Assembly (NCBI GenBank): GCA_028534125.1
Contig: CM052831.1
Coordinates: 5,396,001-5,460,000 of the forward strand
Length of the DNA stretch: 64,000 nucleotides
From: Lama glama
Taxonomy: Eukaryota
Direction of reading: 5' to 3'
Shown here: positions 1 to 12,442 of the stretch, piece after piece
Position numbering within the stretch: position 1 is the first letter of the stretch
How the letters are laid out: every line of letters begins with the position of its first letter
Program-made: the position numbers and the translations under genes
Notes under the pieces: generated by a model
Told to the model about the DNA's origin: nothing
What the model saw: only the letters and a program-made list of their open reading frames with translations
The model's database searches: none

Positions 1-515
1 AGGAGAGTTTCAGGGGTGTAAAGATGGAGGGAGGGGCTACATGCAGAATGGGGCAGTCAGCTCGGACAGTCATCTTGAAGTTAGTCATGCAGTGGTCTGA
101 TCATTGTCATCTTGATGGTTTTTAGTACAGCTAATCTTTAGTTCCGTGGTTGGCTTGTTCCCGTCTCTTTAAGGCCAGCTCTCAGAATCGCGGCAGCTTG
201 TGTTGTGGCTACAGTGTGGCATCTTGTAGGTAGCTTCTTCCTCCTGGTGGGGGTGTCTGTATCTACAAAGCAGCTGGAAGGTCATGGCTCGGAATGTTAT
301 CTGTGGCCCTTGAAGAGAAGCTAAAGGCCCTTGACTTTAATGACTAACCTATTACTGTTACTGTTTTTTGCTGGACTATTTCACTTTGTTCCTGTATTTT
401 CTTACTTCTCTGATTAAACTTACTCTTTGACTAAAGTTTTTCTACAGACAAGAGGCTGGCAGAGGACATGGGGCAGGGGTCTGTCCTGGGCCACATAAGA
501 CCCTGCTCCATTTCA
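1..515 (-). mobile_element. ERV1-class LTR, truncated by the window start
   Basis: Ends ...GACCCTGCTCCATTTCA (TG.. LTR start on minus). Shares blocks with 40135-40458: GGCCAG(C/T)TCT..GAAT, TTTTCTACA(G/A)A(C/G)AAGAGGC and terminal CTGCT....TTTCA. Confidence 0.7.
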
Positions 516-1136
516 AGATAAATAAACAACCCCAAGAAAAAATAATTCCTTTTTTAATAGCATAGCACAGACCCAGGTTGAGGCCTAGGCCCAACGTAGG
601 CCGTTTGCTCAACACCTGCATCCGTGTCCCAGCAAAGGAGACCTGCTCGGGTCTGAGGGGCATTTGTCCTTTAGGGAATTTGTTGCACTACTTAGTATGT
701 TAGAGAACTGAAGAAACTGGCTTTGTCAAAGAGCATGGGCCCAAATGGTGGGAACAGTTATCATCAGTTGCCAGATAGGCCCCAGAGGGGCAAATTCTCA
801 CACTCTGTTCACTCTTGCTTTTAAAAAAAAGTCATAGGTCCAGGTTTGTCCTGAATCCTGACTTGGCACAACTTACCATTAACAAAAGTGAATGTGTGTG
901 GGGAGTGTGGCTAAGTCACACTGCTCTCTGTTGGAAATATCAGTAGAGCCAGCCTCACCCAAGGAAATGGCCTTCTTTCAAGAGCAGTGGGTTTGCCTAC
1001 CAGTGACCCCCCAGTCTGGTCTCTGGATTTGAACCTGGGGTTGAATCAGACTTTGTATCCCTTGCAAGACTATGGGTTTCATGCCTTCCCAGCCCAGAGG
1101 TGGGAAAAAATCACCTTATTCCCCAACATGGGGGAA

Positions 1137-1156
1137 AACAACAACAACAACAACAA
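1137..1156. repeat. (AAC)n microsatellite
   Basis: Directly visible AACAACAAC run. Confidence 0.9.
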
Positions 1157-1732
1157 AATACCTTGCCTAATCCACATAAAGCAAATGAACTTCTTTAAAT
1201 CTTAAAAATAAGCCCAAGTTAAAATGAACAATTTTGCATGCATATATATATGCATATATATATAAACTGGAGAGGAAAAACAGCAGGCTGCTCTCAGGGG
1301 GAAGATTTTCCCCTGTCTTCTGAGATTATATGCAGCTGAAATGTCTCCCTTTTCCAGATCATCGGCAATGAGCAGGATTTCTTTTATAATCACAAAGTGC
1401 AAATGTGTTTTAAAAAATAACTTTCACCCGTGACAGTAGTGAGATAATCTGGAGTATGTCATCCTTGCCCAGGATCAGTGAACTGGCTGCAAAGACACCG
1501 ACAAACCAGGCACCTGCTTTTCTCCTCTCTGACCCAGCACTGCCCTTTGAGCAGGAGCTTGGTGTCACAAGGATGGCTGTGGTTGTGTAAGTGAAGTCAC
1601 CTGTCAAAAGACATTTAGAAGTGAAAATACCCTTTTTTTTTTTTTTAGTACTATGGAGGTTATCAAGTGCTGCCAAAGAAATCTATTAACATCCACTCTG
1701 CTTTTTTTGAGGGAAATCATGAAACTTTTTTT

Positions 1733-2842
1733 ATTGTTGTTAATTCCCATTACACAACCTAGTGATTCAATGTTTCTATATGTTTCAAAATGATTACCAC
1801 AATAAGTCTAGTTACAGTATGTCACTGTAAAAAATATTGTATAGTTACTGACTATATTCCCCACACTGCATGTTGAATATCCGTGTCAGGTAATTTGCAG
1901 CTGGGAGTTTGTGTCTCTTAATATTCCTCGCCTGTCTCCTCCTTCACAGCCCCAGCAGCCACCTGTGTGTTCTCTGTATCTATAACTGTTTCTGTTTTGT
2001 TACGTTTGCTCATTTGTTTTGTTTTCTAGATCACACACGTAAGTGAAATCATACAGTATTTGTCTTTCTTTGTCTGACTGACTTCACTTAGCATGGTATA
2101 CTCTCTAGGTCCATCCATGTTGTCAAAATGGCAAGATTTTGTTCTTTTTATGGCTGAGTAATATTCCATTGCATGTATGTACACTACTGCTTCCTTATCC
2201 ATTCATCTATTGACAGGCATGTGGGTTACTTCCTTGTCTTGGCTTTTGTAAATATTGCTACTGTGAACATGGGGGTGCATGTATCTTTTCAAATTAGTGT
2301 TCTCATTTTCTTTGGATAAATACCCAGAAGTGGAATTGCTGGATCATATGCTAGTTCTATTTTTGATTTCTTGAGGAATCCTCATATTGTTTTCCATCAT
2401 GACTGCACCAACATATGTTCCAACCAACAGTGCCCAAGTTTTCTCTTTCTTTCACATCCTTGCTAACACTAGTTATTTATGGTCTTTTTGATAATAAACA
2501 TTCCGACAGACGTGAGGTGATATCTCTTTGTGGTTTTGATTTGCATTTCCCTGATGATGAGTGATGTTGAACAATTTTTTATATGCCTGTTGGACATCTG
2601 TACATCTTCTTTGGAAAAATGTCTGTTCAGGTTCTGTGTCATTTTTTAATTGGGTTGTTTTTTTCATGTTGAGTTGTATGAGTTCTTTGTGTATTTTGGA
2701 TATTAACCCTTTCCCGGACATATCATTTCCAAATATCTTCCCCCATTCGGTAGGCTACCTCTTTGTTTCAATAGTAGTTACCTTCACTATGCAAAGTTTT
2801 TTAGTTTGATGTAGTACCATTTGCTTATTTTTGCTTGTTTCC
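1733..2842 (-). mobile_element. 5'-truncated L1 (L1MA-like), 3' UTR plus ORF2 C-terminus
   Basis: Typical antisense L1 text (TCCATCCATGTTGTC..AATGGCAAGATT, GGATAAATACCCAGAAGTGGAATTGCTGGATCATATG). ORF 2473-2721 gives an ORF2p-like KGLISKIHKELIQL. Degenerate TSD: AAATCATGAAACTTTTT (1714) and AAATCATGACTTTTT (2843). Confidence 0.92.
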
Positions 2843-3199
2843 AAATCATGACTTTTTTTTTTAAGGAAGAAGACTTGGAGGCTAAAATTTATTCCATAGT
2901 ACACCTAGCTTGGATGAGGACAGAGAATTATTGAGATGCTGCTGCCTTTATAAGTGAGTGTTTAACAAATAGGTATTAAGCCTCTCTGTTGATCTACTAT
3001 GATAATTGGCACTTAGATTGCAGAGAATAAAACCTCTCTTGTGGCTTCTTACAAGAGGTTTCAGAAGTCAAACAGATAACATTAAATTGGTATTTGCTGT
3101 GCGAGAGGGGTGTACAAGGAAAGGGCGAGGAACCTAGCCCTTGGCAGGTCAAGGAATGCTGTAGCCTCTTCTCTCTCATTCGATCTGTTAACATGGTTA

Positions 3200-3400
3200 A
3201 CCAGTGAAATTATATCACATAAGAGCTTTCTATGGTCCAGACACTGTTCTATGTGTTTAACATGAATTATTTACTTATCACTCTCATCCATCATAAAGCA
3301 TGGGGGTCTGGTGCAATTTCTGTCTTCACTTTATAGCAGATGAAAATGAGGCGCAAATTTAGGTCTTTCTCACTCAAGAGTCTACACCCTGGCTCCCTGT
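3200..3400 (-). mobile_element. MIR SINE
   Basis: CCAGACACTGTTCTATGTGTTT...CACTTTATAGCAGATGAAAATGAGGC, the antisense MIR core. Confidence 0.65.
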
Positions 3401-6224
3401 GTTTTCTGCCTTCAGGTGGAAAAGCGTCATTCCTAGATGACAGGTGGCCATGCCAGGATTTCTGAGGGCAGACCTATCTAAGGCTCTGCGTTCATCCTTC
3501 TAGGGTCAGAATGGTGAAGGACTGAGAGTGATCCACCCAACTGTCCTCCTCCTTTGACACACGTGCCTTCTGGAATGTTTGTAGTTCAGAGGGAAAAAGA
3601 ATGTATCTGTTTTAGGTTGTAAATTCCTCAATTTTTTTTTTAATTTTATTATGTTTTATAAATAGACTAGACAATAAAAAGGGGAAAAGCAAGAAAGAAA
3701 ATGTAACATTTTTTTGCTCCTGGTTCTGTGTGATAGTGAGTCTCGCCATTGGCAGCTGATTGAGCACCTCCCAAGCTGCCTCTTGATGCACCGACGGAAA
3801 CTCTATGTCCTGATGATCTTGCTTATGTGCTATTGACTGCCTGTTGGAAGACCTCCAGCTACAAGTCCTCAGAAAGTGACAGTTGCCTTCTTTCTTCTTC
3901 CCTTCTTTCTTCAGTGACCTGTCAATTGCCTGTCACGTGACCTTCAAGCTTCTTTGCATGGCATTCATGCAGTCTGCCCCGAGTTCTTTTCCCACCTCAG
4001 CTGTAACGTGTCCTGGCCCATACCTTGTGCTCTTCAGTCTCCCTGGCTTTGTTCATGCCCTGTGCAGATACGTCCACATTACCCAGCAGTAACTGTCTTT
4101 CAGGGTCCTGATCAATTACCAGTCCTGCATCCCACCTCCAGTGAAACTTTCCCTGTGAAGTGTTTTGTGGTTAACTCCTTTTGAGAGATGTGGAAAGAGA
4201 AGTTACAGGGTACAGAAGTAGATATGTGGAGCATATAGTGACAAAAGAATCTCATCTCTCAGTCATGAAAGTATTGCTGAATATGTTAAGGGCAAGTGTG
4301 TAAGCTGACTTAGATTTAGAATATAAAGTGAATACAGGTCATCTCTAGTTACTGTGACTTGGCCTTTAGAATTTTTTGATGTCTAAATATTTCTCAACTA
4401 TTTTTCTATAGGTAAGATTGTATATTTCTCTTAAGAAATATAAAATTTTTAGTCAAACCTAAGAAAAATAAAGATTCTAAGAAATGAAGGAGAAAAAAGC
4501 CTTGACTTCTAATGGCAAGATAATCTCGGAGAGCAGGAATCAGTGTCATCTATCTGGAAGACAGATCTGGGTTTTTTCTTTTTCCATTTATTTTTATAGG
4601 GCATTGCTTTTAAAGTATAGTGTGATCTGTGCCCATGGATGTGATGAAAACAATTTAGAAACATTGCCCTGGTTCTTCTCATTGTGTGTATCCATGGGAT
4701 GGGCCATGTACCACTCGTGATATCTCTGGAAATGGAAATGTTTAATGCTGTATCACTTTGTAATATCACTGTCTTTTTATTTCATTTCTCCTTCAATATT
4801 TCTAATTGCTTCATGAGGGAAAACTCTGCTGTTCGTGTGTATTTAACACCTTTAACACTGGTGAATCTCCCTTCTCAGACAAGAGAGCATGCCTCAAGCT
4901 CCGATCCTTCAGTGGGCAAGAGCATTTAACTAGAAATTGATGAAGTTGGTTTATTTTCATTGTGTTTGTTCTTATAGTTACCTATTTGTGGCCATTGGCA
5001 CTGGTTAGAAAGTTTTCTTTTGAAATATGTTCTGGCAATGAGTGAGGCAATTTAAAGAATACTATTGATTTGATAATATTGTTGCTTAGTAGATGTGGCA
5101 AAAATCTGGCATCAGTTCATGAATGAATAGTTTGGGAGATGGATCGAGTAAATCTAGGGACCATTCAGTGATTCATTTCCCAAATACCACTGAAAAGACC
5201 TCCTCCATGGACCTCTTAAAAGCACATATCATGTAGGCATGTAGATAAGTTCCCCAGGACTTTATTCTGCTGTGTTGAATACTAATTACATGCACATATG
5301 TATGTGTGTGTGGCTGTGTGTGTGAGCCTATTGATGGCAGTGATCGTCTTTCATTACCTGATCGCCTCTTCTGCTCAGGATCCAGCAGTCACCTCAGTGC
5401 TCCCACATACACTGAACTAAGCCGATGTCTCACCCACCTCCTCTCCAGTCCTGCCTCATTGCCCCTTAGTGCTGTACCCTCAAGCCACCCTGAACTTGGA
5501 TAAGGACGCTGAAAATACTCAAAGTGATGAGGTTCCTAAAGGTTGAAGTTCTAAGTCTACTGAACCCAGGGAAACACTAAGAATAGATTTGCTGTTTGAG
5601 AGAGAGTTGGGTCCAGTACAGTCCAAACTGGCAGAATTGATAGTTGAAGAGAATAGGCCAGGGGATGATAGATTCTCCTAACAATCTAGGGTCTACTCAT
5701 AAAATCTGTCTTAAAAAATACGATGCTGTGTAGTACGAGGAAGGAGTGATCATGAAATTGTATACTCCTTTTCAGAGGTTTAAGTGACTGCTCAGTTTAT
5801 TTATAGTAACCTTTGCTTTACATTAGGATTGCATCTCCTGAATCTTATATATATATTTTTTTTTGAGTGAGCTACTAATCAACATCAGATATCAAAATAG
5901 ACAACCAGAACCTGAGACTCCCAAAATCAGAATTAGATGAATAACAAATGATGGTCCAGTTTATCTCCCATATTGAAGGACAAGGAAACAAACAGCCAGA
6001 AATGTGAGCCAAGGTCACAGAACAAGTTTTAGCAGTAGTACGGACAGGACTTGAACTGGGAACTCTCCACCCACAACGTGACTTTTTTTTTGTTTGTTTT
6101 TACAATCCTTACATTGCATCACATTGCATGGATCACTATTCACATTTCCGTCCATTTCCATTTCAATTTATGCTTTATTTCAAATTCAGTTTGCTTTTAC
6201 TTTATCTTGTAGCATGTGATCTAG

Positions 6225-6392
6225 CATTCTGCTACTCAAAGTGTAGTCTTCAGAACCAGCAAAATCAACATCACTTGAGGGACTTTGTTAGACACAGAGA
6301 ATCGTCAACCCCATCCCAGACCCTCTCGATCCTAATCTGCATTTTAACAAGATCTCTAGATGGTATGTGTTACCTTAAAGTTGAAAAGTTCT
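6225..6392. mobile_element. MER5-family hAT-Charlie MITE
   Basis: CTACTCAAAGTGTAGTC..CAGAACCAGC..ATCACTTGAG..TGTTAGA..ATCTGCATTTTAACAAGATC. Confidence 0.8.
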
Positions 6393-6459
6393 TTTAATTA
6401 CCTCCTATAACTCAGAAAAGTGTTTTAACTGAATAAGGAGGTTGGACAATCTTTTAACT

Positions 6460-6640
6460 CAGTGGGTCTCAAATTTCATTAAACTTAAGATAAACTAGAG
6501 TAACTTTTAAATGTTGATTCGTGAGTATCATATCCAATGGTTCTATTTCAGGAGGCCTGGCATGGACACCAGATGGAATTATTTTAACACGATGTGCAGG
6601 TGGTTCTGATGCAAGTGGAATTTGAAAAACTTTGTTCTGG
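6460..6640. mobile_element. MER5B-like hAT-Charlie MITE
   Basis: CAGTGGGTCTCAAATTT...TTTTAACACG..CAGGTGGTTCTGATGCAAGTGG. Confidence 0.65.
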
Positions 6641-6864
6641 CTGCTTCTTAGTTGGATATTTATAAATGACTTTATTATCTTTCTTGAAATAAATGCCTGG
6701 AGCCCATTTATAACACAATTGTCAGAACTAGAATAGACAGACAACATTCTGGGATGGATGCATGAAACAACTGGGTTAGTAAAACATGATATCTAAATTA
6801 TTCTGAATAATTTCTCTGGAATGGCATTATTGTGCTTCTCCAAAGAAGTCATAGATAAGGCCTT

Positions 6865-7310
6865 TGTATCAGCTAGCACTTACCACAATAATGCTGCATA
6901 ACATATCATCCCTAAAACTCAGTGGTGTACAACAATAAACAATATTTTCATGGGCCTACAGGTTGGCTGTAATTACCTGATCTAGGCTGGACTCAGCTGG
7001 ACAGATTCTGATGGTTGGCTCCTAACTGTGCATTGGGCTCAGAATCGCTCCATGAGTTCTTTCTGAGAATCAGTCTTAAGAGTCATTTGCTACCTGTTGA
7101 AAGATCTTCTCAAGTCCTCTTATGCTTCTGCTATTACACAGCCCCAATGCACATGTCAAACTTCTACTTGAATCACATCTGCTAATATCCTGTTGGCCAA
7201 AAGTAAGTCACATAGCCAAGTTCAAAGTCAAGGGGTAAGGGAACTTATTCCTCTCTTGTGGGAGATCTTCAAGTCACATGGTAAAGAGTATGGATAAATG
7301 GATACAAAAT
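6865..7310 (-). mobile_element. MaLR solo LTR (old MLT1, H/I/J-like)
   Basis: TGTATCAGCTAG..ATAATGCTGCATAACA..CCTAAAACTCAGTGG ... TTGGCCAAAAGTAAGTCACATAGCCAAG. Confidence 0.8.
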
Positions 7311-7669
7311 AACCAAGTTTCTTTTTCTCTCATCTACTCACATTTCTCTTGGTCTTACATAATTTCTAGTGCCCACATCAACATTGCCTTTTGGTTTCTC
7401 CCTGTTAGCTGTGTCTTCTAGCTCTGTAGTAAATTACAGTAAGAATTTGTGCTCCTTTTTTTTATAATATTTTTGAACCATCCAAAGATGTAAGAGATTA
7501 CGCACACCCTAGAGGTCCGGAATGCCTTCTACTTATAAGTGTATTCTGCAGTATAAGCTTTTGTCTTTCTCACCCCTGTCCCTCCATCAGAATGAGTAAA
7601 AAATTGTGGTTTCCAGATTTTATTCTTGCAAATTGTTTCTGAGATCTTCTAATATGAAACTATATGTCA

Positions 7670-7880
7670 TAGTAGCAAGTACTCTCAATTTGGGATTGGA
7701 TTTCTAAGTTTATAGTACTTATTTTCTATGAATATCAGTCAGTTTCCCTAGAAACTGATATTCATAGAAATGATAATTCTTACTTCATAATATATGTGCG
7801 AGGATAAAATTTTTTTAAACACGGCAAATGGATTTTAAAGATGTCACAATGTGTTAAGTGCTTTACATTTGCTATTAATG
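7670..7880 (+). mobile_element. MIR SINE, with an internal palindrome (see findings)
   Basis: TCAGTTTCC..AAATGATAAT..TACTTCATA..GAGGATAAAAT..TAAGTGCTT. Confidence 0.5.
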
Positions 7881-9759
7881 CTAGTTGTTTACATTTCAGA
7901 AAATGCCTTCTCTCAGAAATGTGGCTTTGCTGGGCTTGGTTTCATGGTTCTCTTGATCATTTTTCTGACTGCCAACACAAGAAAGAGACAAGGAAGGACC
8001 CACAATTGATCAAAGGAATGATTTGAATCCATCAGTGCATAGACTTTAACAACTCATGTTTTTAAAACTTACAAGACAAGATGATGAAATTTGATGGACA
8101 TGAGTAGCCTTGTTCATTACCTTGAATACAGTTCAAATCAACTCTCCACATTGAACTTGAAGATGGGAAGCTATGGGTGGATCAGAGTTGGCAGTATTTT
8201 CCCCAGTTGGTGGGACAATCCTTTAAGATTTGAGGGTTCTGCAAAGTATGGTTCTATGTCCATTAAGGCCATTGGCAGTTTTGTTTTGTATTGGGTAAAT
8301 GGGGCTGCCTACTTTGGAGATTTTCTTCAAGCTGCAAGCTGAAGCCTGTTATGTCTCAGGAAACTGAGGTCCTAGTTTCAGCTCGTCTCACCAGGCCACA
8401 GGTGATCTTGGGGTTAGCTCTTTAACCTCAGTGTATGTCTCTCTGCTGTAAAAAACAATAGAATAAAGCTTCCTGACTTGTGGGATCCCTTCCAGCTTTA
8501 CCACTGTAGGGATCTGTGAATATGCACTGATTTCTCTGGAGCTGCGCAATAGTTGGTGTCTGTCCAGGGGATTGATACAGCATGGTAACTGGCTTTCCCG
8601 CAGCAGGGTCTCAGAGTGTCCATGACTCCATGTTTATGTTTCATAGTGTGGGTAAATTGTGAGGGCATAAACCCAAGCCTGGTCAATACACATCGGGCTT
8701 AGGTTTGCTTGCAATTCACTCTGACCTCTGAATCTTTCTCCACCCCAGCCTAGTTATTCGAAACTTGTCTGGTCATCATCCAGCTTTGCTCATTTTGATT
8801 TGCAACAATCTGTCTATTTTGGTGTATCTAGGAAACATCATTTTGCCTGATTATTCAGGATTATGAATACTTTTAAATTCCAATTTTGTTCTCTAAGCCA
8901 ATACTTAAGGAAATGGTGGAGGACCAGTTTTCTGTTTGTTTTAATTCCCAATCTATTACGAACCTATACTTATGAAATCATGCATTTGGATGTCGTGGCA
9001 GATCCAGATTGCCATAGATCTTCTTAAACGCTTGCTTTCAGTTTTGTACATGGTTTATATGCATGTATCTATTTCTGGATTCTCTAATTCTGTTCTGCTG
9101 CTCTATTTGTCTATCCTTGTGCTGATTCTACACTGTCTACATTATTTTGGTTTTATAATGAGTCATAATACGAACTAAGATGAGCCTCTTCTCTGAGCCA
9201 ACTCTTCTTTTCAGGAGTAACATGGCTATTCGTGGCCCTTTGCTCTCCCATGTAAATTCTAGAATGAGCAGGTCAAGCTGTGCAGAGAACTCTGATGTAC
9301 TTTTCACTACACTTAATTGAATTTACTTATTTATTTAGGGATAGGTTTGATTTTTCTAATAATGCTGCTCCTAATACTTCTGAGCATGGTGTATTTCGCC
9401 AGTTATTAAAACTTTGAATAAAGGTATATAATTTTCTCAAAACATATTCTTGTATATATTTTATATTTATTCCTAGGAGGTTTATAAATTTATGGCTATT
9501 ACAAATAGCATCATTTAAAAAGATGGTAGAAAATACACTTCCTAACATTTTGTGGCTATTTTATAAATACACAATTGATTTTGATATATTAATTTTATAT
9601 CCAGCAACTCTACCAAACTCACTCTTCAGATAAAATAATTTTCCATAATTCTTTTTGTTTTCTATATAGTCATGATTTGTGATTAATAGTGATCTGTTTC
9701 TTTCCAATCTTTTTATCTATTTTCAATTTTCTTGTCATATTGCAAGTATATTAAAGGAC

Positions 9760-10157
9760 TGTGTTAGTTTCCTATAGGTGCCATAACAAATACCACAATC
9801 TGAGTGGATTAAAACTCAGAGATTTATTTTCTCACAGCCTGGAATCTAGAAGTGCATAAGTATAAGTAGAGTCTTGAACCCTCTGAAGACTCTAGGAGAG
9901 AATGCTTCCTTGGTTTTCCAGCATCTGGTGGTGGTAGCACTCCTGAGTGGCAGAATAACCCCAGTCTCTGCCTCTGCCTTCACTTGACTTTTCCTGTTCT
10001 TCTCCTCTTCTTATAAGGACACCAGTCCTTGGATACAGGGTGATTTCTTCTCAGGATGCTTAACTAATTACACCTACAAAGACACTATTTCCAAATAAGA
10101 TCATATTCTGAGGTTCCAGGAAATGAATTTTGTGGAGACAGTATTCAACCCACTACG
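9760..10157 (-). mobile_element. MaLR solo LTR (MLT1B/C-like) nested in L1
   Basis: TGTGTTAGTTTCCTATAGGTGCCATAACAAATACCACAA ... GACACTATTTCCAAATAAGATCATATTCTGAGG. 5-bp TSD AGGAC (9755) and AAGAC (10158). Confidence 0.9.
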
Positions 10158-10252
10158 AAGACCTTCACTAGGGAGAGAATAGAAGAAGTGTTGGTGGGCA
10201 TCCTTACTGTAGTCCTAATTGTTAAGAGAGTGCTTTTAATATTTCACAGTTA

Positions 10253-10412
10253 CCATAGTTTGTGAATTCTAAAGTACATGATTCTCCACATTTCAATGAC
10301 TCAAGTGTCATAAGCCTAATAATCAGAGATTACCATAGTTCAATTAGTATCATTTTTTCTTTGTAGTGCATCTTATAATAAATGGTACCTTAGGTTTAAT
10401 AGAATGAAACAA
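10253..10412. mobile_element. MER104-like TcMar-Tc2 MITE
   Basis: TA-CCATAGTTTGTGAATTCTAAAG ... GTGCATCTTATAATAAATGGTACCTTAGGTTTAAT resembles the MER104 termini (from recall). Confidence 0.55.
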
Positions 10413-10820
10413 TTTAAGTTTTGTTGTAGGTTAATTTTTGATGATGTTAACTTCAAGCAGGTTAAGAAATTTCCTATTTTCACTGTAGTAAGTGTTTCGT
10501 TTTGCTTTTTCCTTTTTATCATGAATTAATTTTGTTTTATTAAATGCTTTTTTTCTTCTATTGAGATAATCATGTGATTCTTTTTCTTCATTTTGTTAAT
10601 AGAGTAAATTTCCTTAAGAGAGATTTTAACTTTAGACTCGCTTTGCGTTCCTTTGATAAGCACCACTTAATTATGTTATATTTAACATTTTATAGGCACT
10701 GTTGGCGTCGTTTTGGCAATTAAAAAAAATCCTGCCACACGTTCATGAGTAAGATTGGCCTTTAATCTTCCTCCATCTTGTTATTCAGGACTGGTTTTAT
10801 AATCAAAACGATACTTGGCC

Positions 10821-11450
10821 GTGCTGTATTACCCTTTTAATGTCCTCTTGAATTTGGTTTGCTAATATTTTGTTGAGGATTTTTGTATCCATGTTCATCA
10901 GGGATATAGGCTTGGAGTTTTCTTTTCTTGTGATATTTTTGTATGACTTTGGTACGAGGGTGGTGCTGGACTCATAAAATGAGTTTGAAAGTGTTCCTTC
11001 TTCTTTTTTTGTTTTGAAAAATCTTAAGAAGAATTGGTATTACTTCTTCTTTAAGTGTTTGGTAGAATTTACCTGTGAAGCCATCTGGTCCTTGACTTTT
11101 CTTTTATGGGAATGTTTTTAAATTATTACCAATTTGATCTTATTTGTTACTGGTCTTCTCGGGCTTTCTGCTTCTTGATTCAGTCTTGGTAGGTTGTATG
11201 TTTCTAGGAATTTATCTATTTCTTGTGGGTTATCCAATTTATTGGTGTATAAAAATTCAAATATTCAAAATGTGACAATGAGTGTGTATATGTCCATGAA
11301 TGACTGAAAAATTGTGCTGAACACTGGAATTTGACACAACATTGTAAAATGATTATAAATCAATAAAAAATGTTAAAAAATTCAAATATTCCCTTCTGAT
11401 CTATTTTATTTCCATGGCATTGGTTATAATATCTCCTCTCTCATTACTTA
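10821..11450 (-). mobile_element. L1 ORF2 (RT region), the inverted part of a 5'-inverted L1
   Basis: GGTTTGCTAATATTTTGTTGAGGATTTT is the antisense of the KILNKILAN motif; also GGTAGAATTTACCTGTGAAGCCATCTGGTCC. Confidence 0.88.
11267..11375 (+). mobile_element. Very young, extremely 5'-truncated L1 3' end (camelid-like)
   Basis: Perfect 16-bp TSD AAAAATTCAAATATTC (11251-11266 and 11376-11391). Ends AATAAAAAATGTTAAAAAA and is identical to the reverse complement of 23040-23148. Confidence 0.92.
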
Positions 11451-12194
11451 TTGCAGATTAAAACCACAATGAGGTACCATCTCATACCTGTTAGGATGGC
11501 ATTATTTAAAAAAAAAAAAAGGAAAAAGGAACCCAGTATTGGTAAGGATATAGAAAAAAAGGGACCCATTGTACATTGTTAGTGGGAATGCAGATTAGTC
11601 CAGGCCCTAGGAAAATATGACGTTTCCTCAAAAAATTTAAAAAAAAGAACTACCAAATAACCCAGCAATCCCTCTTCTAATATTTAACTTAAGGAATCAA
11701 AATCAAGAACTTGAAGACGTACCTGCATCCTCAGGTTCACTGCAGTCTTGCTCACAGTAGCCCAAACATGCAGGCAACCTAAATGTCCATCAATGGATGA
11801 ATAGATAAAGAGAATGTGGTATGTACATATTATTTGGCCCTAAAACAGAGGGAATCCTGCATTTGAGATAATGTGGATGAATGTGTTGAACATTATGCTA
11901 AGTGGAATAAGCCAGACACAGAAGGACAAACACTGCATGACCCGACTTATATGAAGAATCTAAAATAGTCAGACTCATCAAAGTGGAGAGTAGAATGAGG
12001 GTTCCCAGGGGCTGCGGGAGTGCACGAATGAGGAGGTACTGGTGGGAGGTGCGGAGTTTCAGTTACACATGGCGAATAAGTCACAGAGTTCAACTTCCTC
12101 CGCTTACTGCCTACTGTACAGCATAAAGCCTGCGTATCGTATATTGTGAAACTGGCTGAAAGGGTAGACCTTAGGTTAAATGTCCTTACCACAA

Positions 12195-12254
<60 letters not shown>

Positions 12255-12442
12255 AATAATAATAATAATAATAATAGAGTATGAGGGAACTTTTTGTGGT
12301 GATGGATATGTTTATGACATTGGTGGCAATTTTGACAATTTCACATGTGTCTGCTTGCTTATCTCAAACCTCATCAAGTTGTAGACATTAAATTGGTGCA
12401 GCTTTTTACATTCAGTCATACCTCAGTAGAGTGGTTTTAAAA
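11451..12442 (+). mobile_element. L1 ORF2 C-terminus plus 3' UTR (L1MA/MB-like), sense orientation
   Basis: TTAAAACCACAATGAGGTACCATCTCATACCTGTTAGGATGGC, CAACCTAAATGTCCATCAATGGATGAATAGATAAAG, A-rich end near 12440. Confidence 0.9.
12195..12275. repeat. Compound microsatellite (AAT)8(ATT)11(AAT)8
   Basis: Counted directly. Confidence 0.95.

Noticed and set aside
1456..1592. Short ORF MSSLPRISELAAK... ending near a GTAAGT donor
   Set aside because: No recognisable peptide and no good acceptor or promoter support.
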